Below are positions 60,256 to 64,000 of a stretch of 64,000 nt of DNA, one piece after another. The position numbers were made by a program, and so were the translations under genes. The DNA is from Candidatus Kaiserbacteria bacterium (GTDB lineage Bacteria > Patescibacteriota > Minisyncoccia > Phycocordibacterales > UBA2100): the NCBI GenBank assembly GCA_016217965.1, contig JACRFI010000020.1, positions 11,550-75,549 of the forward strand. Direction: 5' to 3'. The notes under the pieces were generated by a model. It was not told the DNA's origin. It was given only the letters and a program-made list of their open reading frames with translations, and searched no databases. How positions within the stretch are numbered: the stretch's first letter is position 1; each line of letters opens with the position of its first letter.

Positions 60256-62022
60256 ATGGCGCTTCTCATCCTCTCATTTATCGCGGGTTTGTTGACAGTG
60301 CTTGCTCCGTGCATACTGCCGCTTCTTCCAATTATTATCGGAGGATCACTTGATCCGATGCGGCATGTTCGCCTTCGGCACGCAACGACTGTCGTTTTCT
60401 CGCTCGGCGCATCGGTCATCGTATTTACGTTTCTCCTTAAGGCCTCGACTGCATTCATTGCAATACCGCAGGCGTTTTGGACGTATCTTTCAGGTGGCAT
60501 TGTGTTCTTTTTCGGACTCACGCTTCTCTTTCCAGGATTTTGGGAACGACTTCCTTTTATCGCGAGGCTTAATGCGCGCTCTACACAACTTGTCTCGACA
60601 GGCTATCAGCGCAAGAGTTTTTGGGGCAACGTGCTCATTGGTGCCGCGCTCGGTCCAGTGTTCGCAACGTGCTCCCCGACGTATTTCATTGTTCTTGCGA
60701 CGGTGCTTCCGCAAAATTTTGCGTTGGGAGTCTTGGATATGTTTGCATACGTGGCAGGACTCTGCCTCGCGCTTCTAGCAATTGCGATTTTTGGGCAGCG
60801 GCTTGCTGATCGTCTCGGATTTGCTGCCGACCCGCACGGAAATTTCAAGCGGGTACTCGGCATTGTGTTCGTGATAGTGGGCGTCGTGATATTCACAGGC
60901 TATGATAAAAAAGCGCAAATAAAGCTGCTTGAATGGGGAATATTCGACATCACCAAGGTGGAGCAGAGGTTGCTTCAGTTCGTTGATCCATCGGGGAAGC
61001 CGATATTGCCGCAGAATACGCCGATCATTTTTGACGAAGGAATGCGCGTCGAGAAGAAGGTGCAACTGTTCGAGCGTGCGCCGGAAATAATGAAGCCCGC
61101 GGGGTTCGTCAATACAAATGGGCAACCCATCACCATAGGGGAGTTCCGTGGGAAGAAAGTAGTGCTTCTCGATATCTGGACGTATAGCTGCATCAATTGC
61201 CAGCGCACCATTCCGTACCTTAAGGCATGGGATGATAAGTATCGCGATCAGGGCTTGCAGATCATCGGTATCCATACGCCTGAGTTTGCCTTTGAAAAGG
61301 ATGCAAAGAATGTGGAATGGGCAGTGCAGCAATTCGGCATCAAATATCCGAGCGTTCTTGATAACGATTACGAAACGTGGCGTGCGCTTGGGAATAATTA
61401 CTGGCCCCGGAAATACTTGGTTGATATCGACGGATTTATCGTCTATGACCACATAGGGGAGGGTGCTTACGAGGAAACAGAGGCGGCGATACAACGTGCT
61501 CTTATGGAGCGCTCAATGGTCGTCGGTGAAGGAATGCCAGGCACGGATATCGTCGCCGCTGAAATCGAAGAAGCCGATCTGTCCGGCATCGGGAGTCCGG
61601 AGACATATTTTGGCGCGCTGCGGAATGAATATTTTGCGAATGGTGATCCTGGCGCATTAGGAAGTGGCACATTCGCCGTTCCTGAAAATATCATTCGTAA
61701 CGCTTTGTATTTAGAGGGGGAATGGAACATTACTGAGGAGTATGCAGAGACAAAGAGCAGGGGAAAGATCATCTATCGCTACAACGCAAAGGATGTGTAC
61801 CTAGTTGCAAGTGCTCTCGACGGAGTAACAATAACGGTGCTCCGTGATGGAAAACCTGTCGGTGATTTTGCGGGTGGGGATATCGACGTCGCAACTAGTA
61901 GGGGAGAAGTGAGGGAGCACCGTCTTTACAAGCTTGTGCACGATGAAGAACCGGGAGAGCACGTGCTAGAAATTCAGATCGACGGCGCGGGCCTAGAGGC
62001 ATACGCTTTCACGTTTGGGTAA
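60256..62022 (+). CDS. DipZ-like CcdA-thioredoxin fusion
   Basis: APCILPLLP, TCSP, WTYSCINC, HTPEF, C-terminal AFTFG. Confidence 0.9.
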   Translation: MALLILSFIAGLLTVLAPCILPLLPIIIGGSLDPMRHVRLRHATTVVFSLGASVIVFTFLLKASTAFIAIPQAFWTYLSGGIVFFFGLTLLFPGFWERLPFIARLNARSTQLVSTGYQRKSFWGNVLIGAALGPVFATCSPTYFIVLATVLPQNFALGVLDMFAYVAGLCLALLAIAIFGQRLADRLGFAADPHGNFKRVLGIVFVIVGVVIFTGYDKKAQIKLLEWGIFDITKVEQRLLQFVDPSGKPILPQNTPIIFDEGMRVEKKVQLFERAPEIMKPAGFVNTNGQPITIGEFRGKKVVLLDIWTYSCINCQRTIPYLKAWDDKYRDQGLQIIGIHTPEFAFEKDAKNVEWAVQQFGIKYPSVLDNDYETWRALGNNYWPRKYLVDIDGFIVYDHIGEGAYEETEAAIQRALMERSMVVGEGMPGTDIVAAEIEEADLSGIGSPETYFGALRNEYFANGDPGALGSGTFAVPENIIRNALYLEGEWNITEEYAETKSRGKIIYRYNAKDVYLVASALDGVTITVLRDGKPVGDFAGGDIDVATSRGEVREHRLYKLVHDEEPGEHVLEIQIDGAGLEAYAFTFG

Positions 62023-62365
62023 AACTTAAAATGTTCGGACGGCCCTGGGGGCCGCCCGAAGTAGCGTGAGGAGTGAGCGGATCTATTCCGCTCTGCGAGA
62101 GATCACAATATCGTAGAGGACCCCTTGCTTGACAACGCAGTACCGGTTATCACCGACAGTTCGTACCAAAAAAGGTATGGACGAAATGTTTGTGATTGCG
62201 GCGAGCTGCCGCGTGACCGATATTACGTCTTCAGGCACAGGATCCTGCAGACGACCGCGGTCGGCCATTGCGCTTATCGATGGCACTTTCTTTTTCTCCT
62301 CGGGGCTGAAGAACAAGAGTTGGGTGCCCCATGACCCAACTACACTTTATATAACACGCACAAAA

Positions 62366-62554
62366 TCATTCTGTCGACTTGTCTAGTTTGTCTGCAATGA
62401 GCCGGAGTTTACGAGCGGCCTCCCGCGCGACCTTGTCATCATTGGATTCGCTCAAAATCTTGCTTCCTATTCCAATCAATTGCCTGCCGAGATCTTTCCT
62501 CTCCATATCCTCCTTTTCTGGAGGTTTAATGCCGCGCAGATCTGACATCTCCAA
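62366..62554 (-). CDS. Small hypothetical protein
   Basis: 62 aa ORF with plausible composition. Confidence 0.35.
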   Translation of the reverse strand: MEMSDLRGIKPPEKEDMERKDLGRQLIGIGSKILSESNDDKVAREAARKLRLIADKLDKSTE

Positions 62555-62613
62555 AGCATATCATAGATAAGTTTGGAAAAATACAAATTGCCGCATATAC
62601 TGCGATTAAACGT

Positions 62614-63852
62614 ATGGCATATATACCGAGTGACAAAATCCTAAAAAAATACGCGGATGTGATGGTGAACTTTGCCCTGAATAAAGGTCAGGGCATACAG
62701 AAAGGAGATGTTGTGCGGCTTTCGGCGACGGAATCCGCGAAGCCTCTTTTTATCGCGATACACAACGCTATCATCGATGCGGGTGGACACGTAATCTCTC
62801 ACTACGGTCCCGATGAGGAGGAGGGGGATAGGCGGCGCAATATCAATTTCACCCGATATTTTTACGAACACGGAAGCCACGAGCAGCTGACATTCTTTCC
62901 GAAGAATTATTTGAAGGGTGTCGTGGACGACATGGACCATTCGCTCTTTATCCTCGCCGAAAAGGACCCGCATGCGATGGATGGCGTGGACCCGAAAAAG
63001 ATAATGCTCCGCGGGCAGACCATGAAGCCTTTTATGGATTGGCGGCGCGAGAAGGAATACAAGGGAAAACTGACGTGGTCTATCTGCATGTACGGGACTC
63101 CTGGTATGGCGAAGGAAGCAGGGCTCTCAGAAAAAGTGTACTGGGACCAGATAATCAAGGCGTGCTTTTTGGATAAAGCGAACCCAATAGCCGAGTGGAA
63201 AAAAGTGTACAAAGAAATCGAACACTACAAACTCGCACTAAACAAACTTTCCCCAAAAATCGACAAGTTGCATGTGAAGGGTGCTGATGCAGATCTCTGG
63301 GTCAAGCTTGGCGAGAAGCGCCAATGGCTCGCGGGTCGCGGGTACAACATGCCATCGTTCGAGATATTCACGTCTCCCGATTGGCGTGGCACGAATGGGT
63401 GGATACGGTTCAACCAGCCTTTGTATCGCTATGGAACGATGATGACAGGCATACAGCTGTGGTTCAAGGATGGGAAGGTAGTAAAAAGCAAAGCGAAGAC
63501 AAACGAGAAATTTTTGAAGCAAATGATTGCGACCGAGGGGGCAAATAAGATCGGCGAATACTCGCTCACTGATAGCCGACACTCGCGCATCACAAAATTC
63601 ATGGCGGAGACCTTGTACGATGAGAATGTTGGTGGCAGGCAGGGAAATACGCACCTCGCGCTCGGCATGGCGTACAAAGATACGTTTTCAGGTGATGTAT
63701 CAAAGCTCTCGAAAAAACAGGCAGCAAATCTTGGGTTCAATGACTCGTCGGTCCACACCGATATCATCTCGACGACGAAACGCACTGTGACCGCGCATCT
63801 CAAGAATGGTCAGCAAAAGGTAATCTATCACGATGGGAAGTTCGTCTTATAG
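62614..63852 (+). CDS. Aminopeptidase (M29, AmpS/PepS-like)
   Basis: NMPSFEIFTSP, GEYSL, LYDEN, HLALG, NDSSVHTD. Confidence 0.93.
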   Translation: MAYIPSDKILKKYADVMVNFALNKGQGIQKGDVVRLSATESAKPLFIAIHNAIIDAGGHVISHYGPDEEEGDRRRNINFTRYFYEHGSHEQLTFFPKNYLKGVVDDMDHSLFILAEKDPHAMDGVDPKKIMLRGQTMKPFMDWRREKEYKGKLTWSICMYGTPGMAKEAGLSEKVYWDQIIKACFLDKANPIAEWKKVYKEIEHYKLALNKLSPKIDKLHVKGADADLWVKLGEKRQWLAGRGYNMPSFEIFTSPDWRGTNGWIRFNQPLYRYGTMMTGIQLWFKDGKVVKSKAKTNEKFLKQMIATEGANKIGEYSLTDSRHSRITKFMAETLYDENVGGRQGNTHLALGMAYKDTFSGDVSKLSKKQAANLGFNDSSVHTDIISTTKRTVTAHLKNGQQKVIYHDGKFVL

Positions 63853-63861
63853 AATAACGTT

Positions 63862-64000
63862 GTGAAGACGATCTATTTTGTCCGGCATGGGCAGAGCGAG
63901 AACAACGCCGCGCGGCGGTACAATACGCTCGATACCCCGCTTTCCGAGAAGGGGAAAGCTCAGGCGGCAACGATAGGTGAGCGGCTTACAAAATTGCCTG
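63862..64000 (+). CDS. Histidine phosphatase family protein (partial, runs off window)
   Basis: GTG start, KTIYFVRHGQS..DTPLSEKG. Confidence 0.85.
   Translation, partial: MKTIYFVRHGQSENNAARRYNTLDTPLSEKGKAQAATIGERLTKLP

Overview
Gene-dense bacterial window, most consistent with a Patescibacteria/CPR (Parcubacteria-like) genome. This assignment is inferred from gene content and protein style, not from a marker-gene search. It uses the standard code (TGA is a stop). Housekeeping genes: rpmG, fumC, eno, gpmI, miaA, parB, rel, topA, dprA, serS, dus, dnaX, thrA, asd, zwf, gnd, glpX, class I fba and otsA. It also holds four tRNAs (Tyr, Trp, Leu, Gln), two class F sortases and many small membrane or secreted proteins. 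No CRISPR array, integrase, transposase or reverse transcriptase was seen. The unusual signal is a dense set of tiny non-autonomous elements. (i) Three stand-alone ~80 aa GIY-YIG nucleases are each preceded by a short palindrome, and two sit at tRNA genes with partial tRNA duplications. (ii) Short palindromes are inserted in-frame in serS, topA and otsA. (iii) ~130-140 bp inverted-repeat elements have ends that coincide with the start codons of topA and glpX or the stop codons of rel and serS. (iv) A ~110-130 nt structured repeat family has covarying stems and a conserved AGCA loop. (v) A hairpin element is associated with duplicated 3' ends of rpmG and tRNA-Trp. All alignments were done by eye, and the mechanisms are hypotheses.
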